From Alphaproteobacteria bacterium (lineage in GTDB: Bacteria > Pseudomonadota > Alphaproteobacteria > MPNO01), in contig OZ219866.1 of NCBI GenBank assembly GCA_964291675.2, forward strand, positions 3,200,001-3,264,000: 64,000 bases of DNA, in the 5' to 3' direction. The notes beneath the pieces are model-generated. The model searched no databases. It worked only from the letters and a program-made list of their open reading frames with translations, and was not told where the DNA came from. The position numbers were made by a program, and so were the translations under genes. Shown piece after piece: positions 19,672-28,772 of the stretch; positions within the stretch are counted from its first letter, which is position 1, and every line of letters starts with the position of its first letter.

Positions 19672-19759
19672 CTAGTAGTGGCGAAAATGGTAGACGCGAC
19701 CGATTACCAATCGGTTAAGTGTAATGCTTGTGGGGGTTCGAGTCCCTCCTACTAGACCA
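19672..19759 (+). tRNA. Atypical class II tRNA: Leu-type body, anticodon ACC (Gly), encoded CCA
   Basis: Acceptor CTAGTAG/CTACTAG plus A73 and CCA; D-arm GCG-AAAATGGTAGA-CGC; anticodon arm ACCGA-TTACCAA-TCGGT; 16-nt variable region with a stem; T-arm GGGGG-TTCGAGT-CCCTC. Confidence 0.85.
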
Positions 19760-19822
19760 GCGGGGACAGACTTCGGCATTGCTGATGTTTGGTCCCCGCA
19801 CTTCTATTTATCCACCTACAAT

Positions 19823-20167
19823 CTACTCCCCGCCGCGTTCGACCGCCTTCAAATCAGTCAACACCGAAACAGCATTGTCTATCAGATAACCCTTGGTCTG
19901 GACCAATGAATCCCCGCTATCGGAAAATACCGAGTCCATCTCGCCTTTCATTCCTTCCAAAGCCTCAATATCACGATCCGCAAGAGCATTGCCGACGTGC
20001 CCGATAAACGAGATAAGTCCATCAACCGATATATCCGAACTATCCTCCTTCAACCCGGCTAATTCCTTCACTCGTTCTAACTCTTTCAAGTATTTCCCTT
20101 TCCTCAAATCTCGCAACAAGTCCTTGAACCAATTAGGTCTCCGCTTTGCTGACTGTAGAATTGTCAT
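19823..20167 (-). CDS. Hypothetical protein (low-GC cargo)
   Basis: 114-aa ORF with a GGGGA RBS, divergent from the transposase. Confidence 0.6.
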   Translation of the reverse strand: MTILQSAKRRPNWFKDLLRDLRKGKYLKELERVKELAGLKEDSSDISVDGLISFIGHVGNALADRDIEALEGMKGEMDSVFSDSGDSLVQTKGYLIDNAVSVLTDLKAVERGGE

Positions 20168-20208
20168 CTTTCCCCACTAAAATTTATCAAACAATCACCA
20201 ATAAGCCC

Positions 20209-20237
20209 TTGACAAAAGCACCATAAAAGCCTATATT
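20209..20237 (+). promoter_or_regulatory. sigma70 promoter of IS1595 transposase
   Basis: TTGACA, 17-nt spacer, TATATT. Confidence 0.7.
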
Positions 20238-20265
20238 AACACCATCAAACAAGGGATATTAGACG

Positions 20266-21201
20266 ATGAAAGCGCCCGGCAAATCGGACAGAGACGGCAT
20301 CACAATAATTCAATTATTCAAGATGTTTCCTGATGATGATACCGCTCAGGCTTGGTTTGAAGAAAAGCGGTGGGGAAAAGACAAAGATAACCCGACTTGC
20401 CCCAAGTGTGGCACCATTGACAAGACCAAGCGCACTCCGACACACACTATGCCCTATTACTGCAATTCGTGCCGGAGAGGTTTCAGTGTCCGCACCGGAA
20501 CCGCAATGCAGAAATCTCAAATCGGCTACCAGAAATGGGCAATTGCGATCTATATGACCATTACCAGCCTGAAAGGGGTTTCCTCAATGAAGCTCCATAG
20601 GGAATTGGGGATAACCCAAAAGTCAGCTTGGTATATGGAGCATCGCATTCGCACTGGCTTTGGTGGCGTTGATCTGCCTTTCGCCGGACCGGTCGAAGCG
20701 GACGAAACCTATATCGGCGGGAAGGAAAAGAACAAGCACAAGTACAAGAAGCTGAATGCCGGACGCGGCGGGGTCGGCAAGAGTATTGTTGCTGGCATTA
20801 AGGGTCGCAAGACCAAACAGATTACCGCCAAAGTCGTTTATGAAACCTCTGCAATGACTTTACAGGGTTATGTCCGGGCGAACACCAAAGAAGGCACGAT
20901 GGTCTATACCGACGAAAGCAAGTCCTACAAGGGTCTGCCCTATCACCAGTCAGTCAATCATACCGCCAAGCAATGGGTTGTCGGACAAGCCCACACAAAC
21001 GGGATGGAGAATTTCTGGTCTATTTTCAAGCGAGCGTATCACGGAACTTTCCACCGGATGAGCGCAAAGCACCTGCATCGCTATGTCAATGAATTCGCCG
21101 GTCGGCACAATATCCGGGAAATGGACACCAAGGACCAGATGACGGCGATCTTCCAAGGGATGGTCGGCAAGAGCCTGCCCTATGCCGATCTGGTGGCTTG
21201 A
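20266..21201 (+). CDS. IS1595-family transposase
   Basis: CPKC...CNSC zinc ribbon, KGVSSMKLHRELG HTH, VEADETYIGG, YTDE and HTNGMENFWSIFKR. Confidence 0.95.
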   Translation: MKAPGKSDRDGITIIQLFKMFPDDDTAQAWFEEKRWGKDKDNPTCPKCGTIDKTKRTPTHTMPYYCNSCRRGFSVRTGTAMQKSQIGYQKWAIAIYMTITSLKGVSSMKLHRELGITQKSAWYMEHRIRTGFGGVDLPFAGPVEADETYIGGKEKNKHKYKKLNAGRGGVGKSIVAGIKGRKTKQITAKVVYETSAMTLQGYVRANTKEGTMVYTDESKSYKGLPYHQSVNHTAKQWVVGQAHTNGMENFWSIFKRAYHGTFHRMSAKHLHRYVNEFAGRHNIREMDTKDQMTAIFQGMVGKSLPYADLVA

Positions 21202-21234
21202 CAAGCCGTTTCCCTTCGTCCTAGCCTTTTCCCT

Positions 21235-21386
21235 GCTATCGCACATAGACGCGCTGAGTCGGGTCGCCCGCTGAATAGAACAGCCGCAAGACCCGGCAGG
21301 GGTAGCTCCCCCGCCCGGCGAATAGGCGGGGTCTCTCACTTTCTGTGTGCGATAGCAACGGCCCGACACCATTCGGGCCGGTTGCT
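21235..21386 (+). ncRNA. Candidate structured RNA/leader, copy A
   Basis: 14-bp closing stem (21235-21248 with 21343-21356), GGTAGCT core, following GGCCCGA...TCGGGCC hairpin, and upstream TTGACA-18-TAGCCT. Confidence 0.5.
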
Positions 21387-21409
21387 GACTGGCGCAATGG
21401 AGGCGGGAA

Positions 21410-21832
21410 ATGAAGAAGATCGTGCTGGCGGGGATGGTTGCGGCCCTTATGGGTTGGAGTGGTTCGGTGGAGGCAAAGACTACCAAGTGTATTTTGAAGG
21501 GAGTCGGTTTTTCCGATGTAGATGCTCGCCAGTCTGCGATACTGGAACAAGTAGGAGCTACTTGCGAAACGATCATAGATGGACGCGCGATACAAAGACG
21601 GCAATCAGATACTACCGATATTTGCGGGCAAGCTAAGCAGGCTTGTAGCAATGTAATTTATTCCTGTAGGCGGAACGCGAGACTCGCACAAGCCGAACGT
21701 TATATGTGCCAGAATGCCACCAGTCATCGCATTTTGCTAAGTTGTCTCAAGACAAGAAACACGGCGGCAAAGCATTGCCGGTCTGCGACAAATTGCTTGA
21801 GGCAATACGGTTGTATGGAAAGTGTCCAATGA
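21410..21832 (+). CDS. Secreted cysteine-rich hypothetical protein
   Basis: Signal peptide MKKIVLAGMVAALMGWSGSVEA, 10 Cys, GGAGG RBS. Confidence 0.75.
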   Translation: MKKIVLAGMVAALMGWSGSVEAKTTKCILKGVGFSDVDARQSAILEQVGATCETIIDGRAIQRRQSDTTDICGQAKQACSNVIYSCRRNARLAQAERYMCQNATSHRILLSCLKTRNTAAKHCRSATNCLRQYGCMESVQ

Positions 21833-22137
21833 CTGTCGTTCATGCGCTGGTGCTTGTGGCCTATAGCGCACTGGCTCAAGAAGTCACTCGGACTAAGATC
21901 ATGTCTTTTCACAAGAACCATTTCTCTTGTGTTCAGACTATGAATAAGGAACGGTTCAGGGGTCGCCGGTTACAATTCAATGAGAACTACGTCTGCCTAC
22001 AGCTACAGGATTCCCACATAGGCTCACAGCTGCTACGTATGGGCGGGAATGATCGGATTGTGATTCATGGAACCAAGCGGTTCTTTAACAAGCCAAAGCG
22101 GGATAGGTGGTATCAGAAGCGGAAATGGGATAGGTGA
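21829..22137 (+). CDS. Small hypothetical, probably secreted
   Basis: ATGA overlap with the previous stop; hydrophobic N-terminus ending in ALA. Confidence 0.55.
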   Translation: MTVVHALVLVAYSALAQEVTRTKIMSFHKNHFSCVQTMNKERFRGRRLQFNENYVCLQLQDSHIGSQLLRMGGNDRIVIHGTKRFFNKPKRDRWYQKRKWDR

Positions 22138-22334
22138 AGGAGGATGAAGGGATGACGAAAACGAAGGTTGTCAAAGGCGAGAACTTTGATATTGATCTTC
22201 AAGCCGAAATCAACGGACAATGGGAAACGGTTGTCACCATTCCTTGTTCATCGGAGGAACAGCATGAGAAACTTTCGAAAGGAATACTTGATTGGGGGCA
22301 CTATGTAATGAATGAAACTCGGTGTAGTCCTTAA
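22134..22334 (+). CDS. Small hypothetical protein
   Basis: GTGA overlap with the previous ORF; alternative ATG behind GGAGG. Confidence 0.45.
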   Translation: MKEDEGMTKTKVVKGENFDIDLQAEINGQWETVVTIPCSSEEQHEKLSKGILDWGHYVMNETRCSP

Positions 22335-22801
22335 TCCCTGTTCGTCCTTTTTGTCATATGTCTTGACGAATCGAAGCTGGTCTCGATCTAACGTGTAGAT
22401 TTGATCCACTTCACCGTTTGAACGGGTTTGGTGGAAAAGTCAATAGACAATAGTCTATTGTCTACCGGTAGGGCCTTGTTCCGTTTCGCACTGGACTTCT
22501 TCGCTGGCTCTGGCCCATTTGTGGTTGGATCGGATCACGAAGAGACAGACGACGCGGACGATGCCCAGTAAACGCAATCAAACGTATCAAATCGATGTCG
22601 AGGTAGTCACCCTGAATTCGGGTCAGCCGGCAGTTCGCCTTGCATGCCTTTGGTGCAATTGTCTCAGCCCCTCCCCGTTCCGGTCCGCGATCGCCCTCAA
22701 TTCTATCGCTCCTCGATGCAGCACAGCTGGCACAGGCTCTTTCAATAGACCTCTTTCGCGCCGTGACATGCGGTTGAAATCGCGGCTGCCGGGGCCTTTA
22801 G

Positions 22802-23134
22802 TCATGGTCCGCTCAAATTCTTGAGTTCTTCTTCGTAAAACTTCTTTCGCAAAGCCTTGTAAACCCGTTCGTATTCCCACTTCCCGGCAATACAGGTCGG
22901 CCAATAAGAGGCGTCTTTTCTGGAACAGTGGCTTAGCCTCTTTTTTCCTTCAGACGTTCCGGTTATGGCCTTGAAGGCTCGATAATAAGCCCGTTTGTAC
23001 GCCTTTTCGGACAGCTTTATTGCCGCAATCATCTCCTCGGCAAGAAGAACGTCCTCCTTCTCGCCGGAAGCCGCTTCGCTCGTCGTCGTAACCACCAACC
23101 CGACTACCACTGACACCAAGAGGACTATACGCAT
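22802..23134 (-). CDS. Secreted hypothetical protein
   Basis: Signal peptide MRIVLLVSVVVGLVVTTTSEA and GGAGG RBS. Confidence 0.7.
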   Translation of the reverse strand: MRIVLLVSVVVGLVVTTTSEAASGEKEDVLLAEEMIAAIKLSEKAYKRAYYRAFKAITGTSEGKKRLSHCSRKDASYWPTCIAGKWEYERVYKALRKKFYEEELKNLSGP

Positions 23135-23158
23135 GCCACCCTCCCCGGCTTGTGTGTC

Positions 23159-23310
23159 GGCCCCGGCTGGTGCCGGGCCGTGTCATCGTCGAGCAGAGAG
23201 CAAGAGGTTCTACCTTTTCGCCCGTGGCAGCGTAGCTACTCCCTTCCGTCGATCGGGCTCTTCGATTCAACAGAAGACGCAACGTGGCGGGCTCCGCTCG
23301 ATCAAGTGAC
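23159..23310 (-). ncRNA. Candidate structured RNA/leader, copy B
   Basis: Closing stem TCGAGCGGAG/CTCTGCTCGA, GTAGCT core and following GGCCCGGCACCAGCCGGGGCC hairpin. Same layout as copy A. Confidence 0.45.
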
Positions 23311-23735
23311 GGGAAGATGCTCCGTCGAACCGAGAAAAGCGTCAACCCCCCTGTGAGTCTTGCGGGATTTCGACGGCGATGCTACGGTGAGAAATGGTAG
23401 TCTCGGCCACAAGGGTCGGGGCACTGAATCACCGATGGGGCGGCATCCGAATCGGTTCACACAGGTCCAGCATGGATAGGCATCCCACGGCAGACTTTCC
23501 CTCGGAACGAACCTGTGACGGAACGAATTGCGTAAACCGGCCAAGCGTGCGCTCACCGGTAGGCGAGGAAACATATGGAAGACCCGCGTGCTCAATGCTT
23601 TAGGGAACTTCGAAGGCTCGAAAGTCTAGGCCATGAGGGCCTTCAGTATCTTTTTCACGAGAACCGGGAAACCGCTGAAGGCGGGATCGATGCCTGGATA
23701 ATCTGGGATCGGACCGGACAGGTCTTGGCAAGCGC

Positions 23736-23999
23736 ATGAGCCGGATCGTACGAAAAAGGAGGTCCGGATGCCGAATTGGGATAGCAACCGATGTTGCTGT
23801 TCGGGTGGCCGATCTTAAATCGGCCGGGAAAGTACCAAATGACGCGAAGTACAGAACGCTTTCTTCCGGATTGACATACAAACAGGCGAACGCTGAAGAG
23901 AAAGTACGACGACAGCGTTGTGGGCCGCATTGCGATGGAGAGTTGGGCGGTAGACCGAAGCCAGGAAGAGTATGGAGCGTCTATAGGATTGACTGGTGA
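23736..23999 (+). CDS. Small basic hypothetical protein (paralog of 24693)
   Basis: CRIGIATDV...RTL..GLTY..A...E...CGPHC pattern shared with the ORF at 24693. Confidence 0.65.
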   Translation: MSRIVRKRRSGCRIGIATDVAVRVADLKSAGKVPNDAKYRTLSSGLTYKQANAEEKVRRQRCGPHCDGELGGRPKPGRVWSVYRIDW

Positions 24000-24234
24000 T
24001 CGTTCAGTCGGCCACCAGATCCCGATACATCAGCCTGCAGCCCGTGAGCGCTGCAACGCCAGTCATCGTCTGCGCGTCCGTCTAAGCGCGCCGGGCGTTG
24101 TGCTGGCCGGAGAACTCTTTGACGTATCGTTCGGGGTACGCCTTCGAGATCTTGCGGTAGACGCATTTGTGCGCTCGTTTCAGCGTCGCAGAGAATCTCG
24201 CTATTCCCTCCGTATGAACGTCCCCGCGGACATA
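24000..24234 (-). pseudogene. IS1595 transposase C-terminal remnant
   Basis: YVRGDVHTEGIARFSATLKRAHKCVYRKISKAYPERYVKEFSGQHNAR, degenerate relative to the intact copies. Confidence 0.8.
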
Positions 24235-24692
24235 GACCGCCGCCGGCCCGCACGGCTGGGGAAAGGGAACGGCGGATACCTGCAAGGAGATGTGGAGGCA
24301 GGTCGCCGCGGACATCAATTCCCTCCCGCCCGACGTGCGCACCCGGCAATACACCTCGGCGATCGTCAAGTCCGCGCAGGCGATGTACCGCTGGTGCGAG
24401 GCGAACATGGCCTCCTGCGCGCGCCAGAGGGAGGAGGTCGAGCCGCGGGGATGCGCCCTGATCCCAGGGGTCGTCACCTATACCCTGAATCGAAAATTGT
24501 CCTGGACGGTGAACTGCACGAACACGACCTTGATGCTGCCGGGGAAGTGCTGAGCGGTGCTGCGCGACCCTCTCACTTATCTGAGGGTGAACGAGGCGGC
24601 GTGTCGGGGGAATTAGGAGTTCTGCCCCTTTCTTATTTACCCGCCCGGCCTGAGCGGGTTCAACCGTGCCGGTGGATCGGGAGATTGGCGAT

Positions 24693-25055
24693 ATGAAGTG
24701 CTGGGTCGGCATCTCTATGGACGTTGCGGCTCATGTCGCCCCGCTCAAGGCCGCGAACTTGGTCCCGGCCGACGCCTCGTGGAGGACGCTGGCCGAGAAG
24801 CTTACCTACGACGAGGCCGTGGTTCTCGAATACTCCGAGCGAAGGGAATGCGGCCCCCTTTGCCGGGGCGCGGGTCGCGCCGAAGAAGCGCCGGATCGCC
24901 ACCTCGGGTCCGTGATCTCCGGGGCGGCGTGCCCCGCCAACCCGAGACCCTGCAACCCCCAACCCGACACCGACCAACTCAAATCACGGCGCTACGAAGG
25001 CGTCGAACACCCCCATGCGCGCGCAAAATCAGGCGACAATCGCTCTGTTCCATGA
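24693..25055 (+). CDS. Hypothetical protein, paralog of 23736 (C-terminus possibly degenerate)
   Basis: MKCWVGISMDVAAHVAPLKAANLVPADASWRTLAEKLTYDEA...CGPLC. Confidence 0.5.
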   Translation: MKCWVGISMDVAAHVAPLKAANLVPADASWRTLAEKLTYDEAVVLEYSERRECGPLCRGAGRAEEAPDRHLGSVISGAACPANPRPCNPQPDTDQLKSRRYEGVEHPHARAKSGDNRSVP

Positions 25056-25652
25056 ATAAGTCGGGCTACCACGTCGAGCCGTACACCCCCCATGCGACGG
25101 CGCCGATGGGCACATGGGGGAACGTCGGCGGCGCACTCTCAGCGCAGACCGTCGCGAGCTCGTTCAAGAGCGACTTCTCGGCACCATCCACTACCGCTAC
25201 AACGTGGTGGCCACCGCAGTCCCCGCGAACGGCTATGTCTACGAGGTTCGCGGAAACCATTTCTACGACACCTACATTCCTTCCGGGGCAACAACCGAGC
25301 GCTGGCGGCAGCGCGCCGATCCGCCGGGATGGCTGGGCGAGGGCAACCGGACGGAGCTTCTGTCCCGTACGAGCGCCACGGGCGACTGGGGCTACGTCAC
25401 CCACTCCAACAGGGTCGAATACCTGAGGGCCTTCACAGCGGGCACGGCCGAGCATACAGAGCCGATCTGGACTCGGCTCGGGACGGCGGCGGAGGGACGA
25501 CCAACGTCTTCGACTGGGCGAGACGCTGGAAGACTACGAGGATCGGGTCCCGGCGGACGATGCGATCGCCGCCGCGGCCGTGGAGGCGAGGCGCGAGGCG
25601 CATGCGGGGTGCACCGGCGATGGCTGATCACATGAAATCCCGTCGACGCCCC

Positions 25653-26225
25653 TCAGCGCGCCGCGCGCAGGGACAACTGCGATGACAGATGGCGCAGGTT
25701 TCGGTGAATGAACTCGATAAAAAAAGATATGTCTTCCATATAGTGCCGCGCTTCGAGTCGCTCCACCTGCTCATACGAGTAGCGCGCCTTATAAACCATC
25801 ACGTCTTGGTCGAAATACTCGAGAATATCTTCCAAAGTGGACAGCCTACGGCGGGCAGGCGGTACGGGAGGGTTGGCGGGGTCTTCGAAGTGCAGGTAGG
25901 CGACCATCTTAGTGTTGCAGCCTATGTCCTGGGAGAGCCTGTTGAGGCGCACCTTCTCCAGATTGGGCAGGAGGCTGTACAGTTTTACCAGACCGTGCGT
26001 GTTGTCGTATGGAAGTTCACTTATCCGGAGCATCAGCTTGAACATTAGCTCTAGGGATGTTCCTAAATTGAAGTGCGAGACCGCCTTCATGGACGCGCAG
26101 GCGTCGGAGTTCTCGTCCACATTGGCCTTTCGTATCCACGCTTCCAAGAGGCGGGCGGCCTCCTTGAAGTCATGAATATTTTGGCAGAGAAACGTGAGGG
26201 CGAGCCTCTGTTCTGGGTTAGACAT
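25653..26225 (-). CDS. HEPN-like domain protein
   Basis: FNLGTSLELMFK...THGLVKLY...ARYSYE pattern; lower GC than its flanks. Confidence 0.6.
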   Translation of the reverse strand: MSNPEQRLALTFLCQNIHDFKEAARLLEAWIRKANVDENSDACASMKAVSHFNLGTSLELMFKLMLRISELPYDNTHGLVKLYSLLPNLEKVRLNRLSQDIGCNTKMVAYLHFEDPANPPVPPARRRLSTLEDILEYFDQDVMVYKARYSYEQVERLEARHYMEDISFFIEFIHRNLRHLSSQLSLRAAR

Positions 26226-26952
26226 TATTGGGTTTCCTTCTCTAGCGCGACCCTGGAAGACTACGAGGACCGGGTCGCGGCCGACGATGCGATCTCCGCC
26301 GCCGCGCTCAAGGCCTCGCGGGACGCGCACGGGGTGTGCGCCGGGCATAGCTGATGGGGGACGCTACATATCGCCCAACGTAGCCGCCCCCGGGCGAAAC
26401 GGCACGATCACGCCGTTGTCGCCGGTTTTCCTCTCCGCGATTTCTCCGTCATCGGTACCACCGCCGAAGACATTTCGGCAAGGCGGTGGAGCATAGCCGG
26501 TCGGGTTACTCCGGCGCCCCCTGTTGGCGATCATAGTTCGATTGCGGCGCCGGCACCGCGTTCATCACCGCATGGCTCGCATGGGTGTGCCGAGAGTCGT
26601 GCGGCAAGAAACGTATAGGCGCCGGGGATGCGATCAATTCGCACGCATGCGACTGTCGCCGGTACCACCATTGGCATCGGTCGCTGCCGCGCCGACTCAA
26701 CCCCGTCTCCGCGCGCGGCGCATCGCGCGCTGCCGGTGCCATCGCCGCCACCCGTTCCTTCCATTCGAGGCGGCGCGATGGTCGTGTCCCCACGATGGGT
26801 CTGACCACCGTGACGAGTTGCGCCCGGCCATCGTCATCCTCCTCCATCGCCTGTGCGTATCTCTCCATCCCCGTCACCAGATTGCGCGTCCCCGCGCACG
26901 CGCCGGCGGGAGCGAGGGTCTGGCCGGGAGCGGGGCGGCCGGGCGGCGCTGC

Positions 26953-27205
26953 AGAGAGCCCCCGGCCTTCGCCATCGCAGACCAATGGGAGGCACGCCAT
27001 GCGGATTCGCCGGCCGTCGCAGCGCAGCGCACACACGTGCCGAGATCAAGCGCCGAACCAACGTCGTCGGCATCTTCCCCAACGAAGACGCCGTCACCCG
27101 CCTTCGGCGCCTGGTTCGGACGTATTCTGCGGAGAGAGCCCCCGGCCTTCGCCATCGCAGACCAATGGGAGGCACGCCATGCGGATTCGCCGGCCGTCGC
27201 AGCGC
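26953..27205. repeat. 73-bp direct repeat flanking an IS256 transposase fragment
   Basis: 26953-27025 is identical to 27133-27205. The spacer encodes EIKRRTNVVGIFPNEDAVTRL. Confidence 0.8.
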
Positions 27206-27484
27206 GGGCTCGACGGGGAGCGCTACGTGGTCGAGCGCTTCCGCTCCCGGCCCGACGGGCAGATCGACCCGATCGAGGCCGACCAGCCGAAGGCGAAGAA
27301 GGCCGGACGCAGGCCGCGGCGCACCGTCGTCAGCGCGGGCGAGGTCAAGAAGATGAAGCGCGAGCGCGACGAGATCATCATCTGCACCGCACTCGATCTC
27401 AAAGCCTCCGGGGTGCAGCTATGGGGGCTGGCGGCCGGAGGGATTTCCGCAATGCGCTACGCGCGCTGAGCGGGGGCGCCGGTC

Positions 27485-28294
27485 ATGGCCGACCAGGTTC
27501 CCGCGAAGGAGAGCGCCAACGCTCGCCTGCGCCGGCGCCACGCCGCGCGCGTCGCGAGCGGGCTTTGTACCCGGTGCGCCAAGGGTCCACCGGAACCCGG
27601 CCTCAAGGTGTGCGAGAGCTGCGCCGAGAAACGCCGCGCCGCCGACAAGGCCCGCCGCGCCAGGGCCCAGGCCAAGCCCTACGCCGGGCGCGATCCGGTC
27701 AAGTGCCGCCGCGCCAACCGCGCCGGCGACGGGCGCCGCCGCCGGGCGCGGCGCGAAGCGGGACTGTGCGCGGATTGCGGCCTTCGCCAACCCGCCGACG
27801 GCCGTTCGGTCTGCGAGACTTGCCGCGAGGCACAGCGGGCAGCCGAACGCTCCCGGTATGCCGCGCGGCGGGCTGCCGGTCTCTGCGTGCGCTGCGGCGA
27901 GCCGGCGATCGGAGGCACGTCCCGCTGCGCCCGACACGCAGCGCTGGAGGCGGAACGGGTCTCGCCCGAGCGCAAGAGAGCCGTTGATCGAAAACGCTAT
28001 TCCCGGCGCCGCGCCCGAGGCGTTTGCGTGGATTGCGGTGTCTACTCGGCCGGCGCTGCCCGCTGCCCGGCCTGCGCGTACCGCTCCAATACGCGCGCCC
28101 CCGCCTGGCACGCCGCCCGGGTGGGGCCGCCGTTCTACGCCGTGATCGAGGCGGAGTCGGGCATCGACCACGGCACCTATGACACCGAAGCGGAGGCGGC
28201 GGCCTGCCTGGTCTTCCTCGGGCTCCGCATCGACCAGGTGGAAATCCTCTCCAACATGCCTCTCATGGCCCCATCGCTCACCGGAGTGCCGTAG
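27485..28294 (+). CDS. Arg-rich multi-CxxC (putative zinc-finger repeat) protein
   Basis: Four repeats of G[LV]CxxC-x10/11-CxxC/H. Confidence 0.75.
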   Translation: MADQVPAKESANARLRRRHAARVASGLCTRCAKGPPEPGLKVCESCAEKRRAADKARRARAQAKPYAGRDPVKCRRANRAGDGRRRRARREAGLCADCGLRQPADGRSVCETCREAQRAAERSRYAARRAAGLCVRCGEPAIGGTSRCARHAALEAERVSPERKRAVDRKRYSRRRARGVCVDCGVYSAGAARCPACAYRSNTRAPAWHAARVGPPFYAVIEAESGIDHGTYDTEAEAAACLVFLGLRIDQVEILSNMPLMAPSLTGVP

Positions 28295-28772
28295 CCCTTC
28301 CGCAACCGGGACCAGGGCACCCGCCCAAAACGTGGAAACGCGCGGGAGCCGAACAGGACCTCCAGCGCCCGCGCGTCCAACGGGAGAGTCGCGCATGAAC
28401 GCGGCGAGGCTACATCGCGATCGCCACGCCCCTCAAGACCCGCGGGGGCCCCATCCCACTTAGTGCGCGGATGCCGGCCCCCACCCGGCTTCCACGCTGG
28501 GCGCTTCGCGCCGCGCGGGTGCCGTCCCGCCGGCATCGGTTGTTCCCGTCGACGGCGCCGCTTTCCCGGCACCGGCGCCACGGCCGTGCTCTGCGCCGCG
28601 CCGCCATCCGGTGCGGCCGGCAAGGCTGGCGGCTTCGCGGCAAGCACCGGAGCGGACGGCAGGCGAGAGGAGGTGAGGAGCTTTTGGAGGGGCGAACGGG
28701 AAGGGGATCGAGAGGGTCTCCTCGCCGTTCGTCAACCATCGTCAGCAACCTGGAGAGATAGGAGACACGATC

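Noticed and set aside
19672-19759. tRNA as the integrase attachment site
   Set aside because: I saw no duplicate of its 3' end in the window, and it sits in low-GC cargo rather than at the island edge. A copy outside the window cannot be excluded.
19672-19759. tRNA-Sec or allo-tRNA
   Set aside because: The acceptor/T stems fit the canonical 7/5 fold, and the anticodon is not UCA.
25057-25635. ORFs at 25066-25685
   Set aside because: Probably a frameshifted gene fragment; no single frame or family could be supported.
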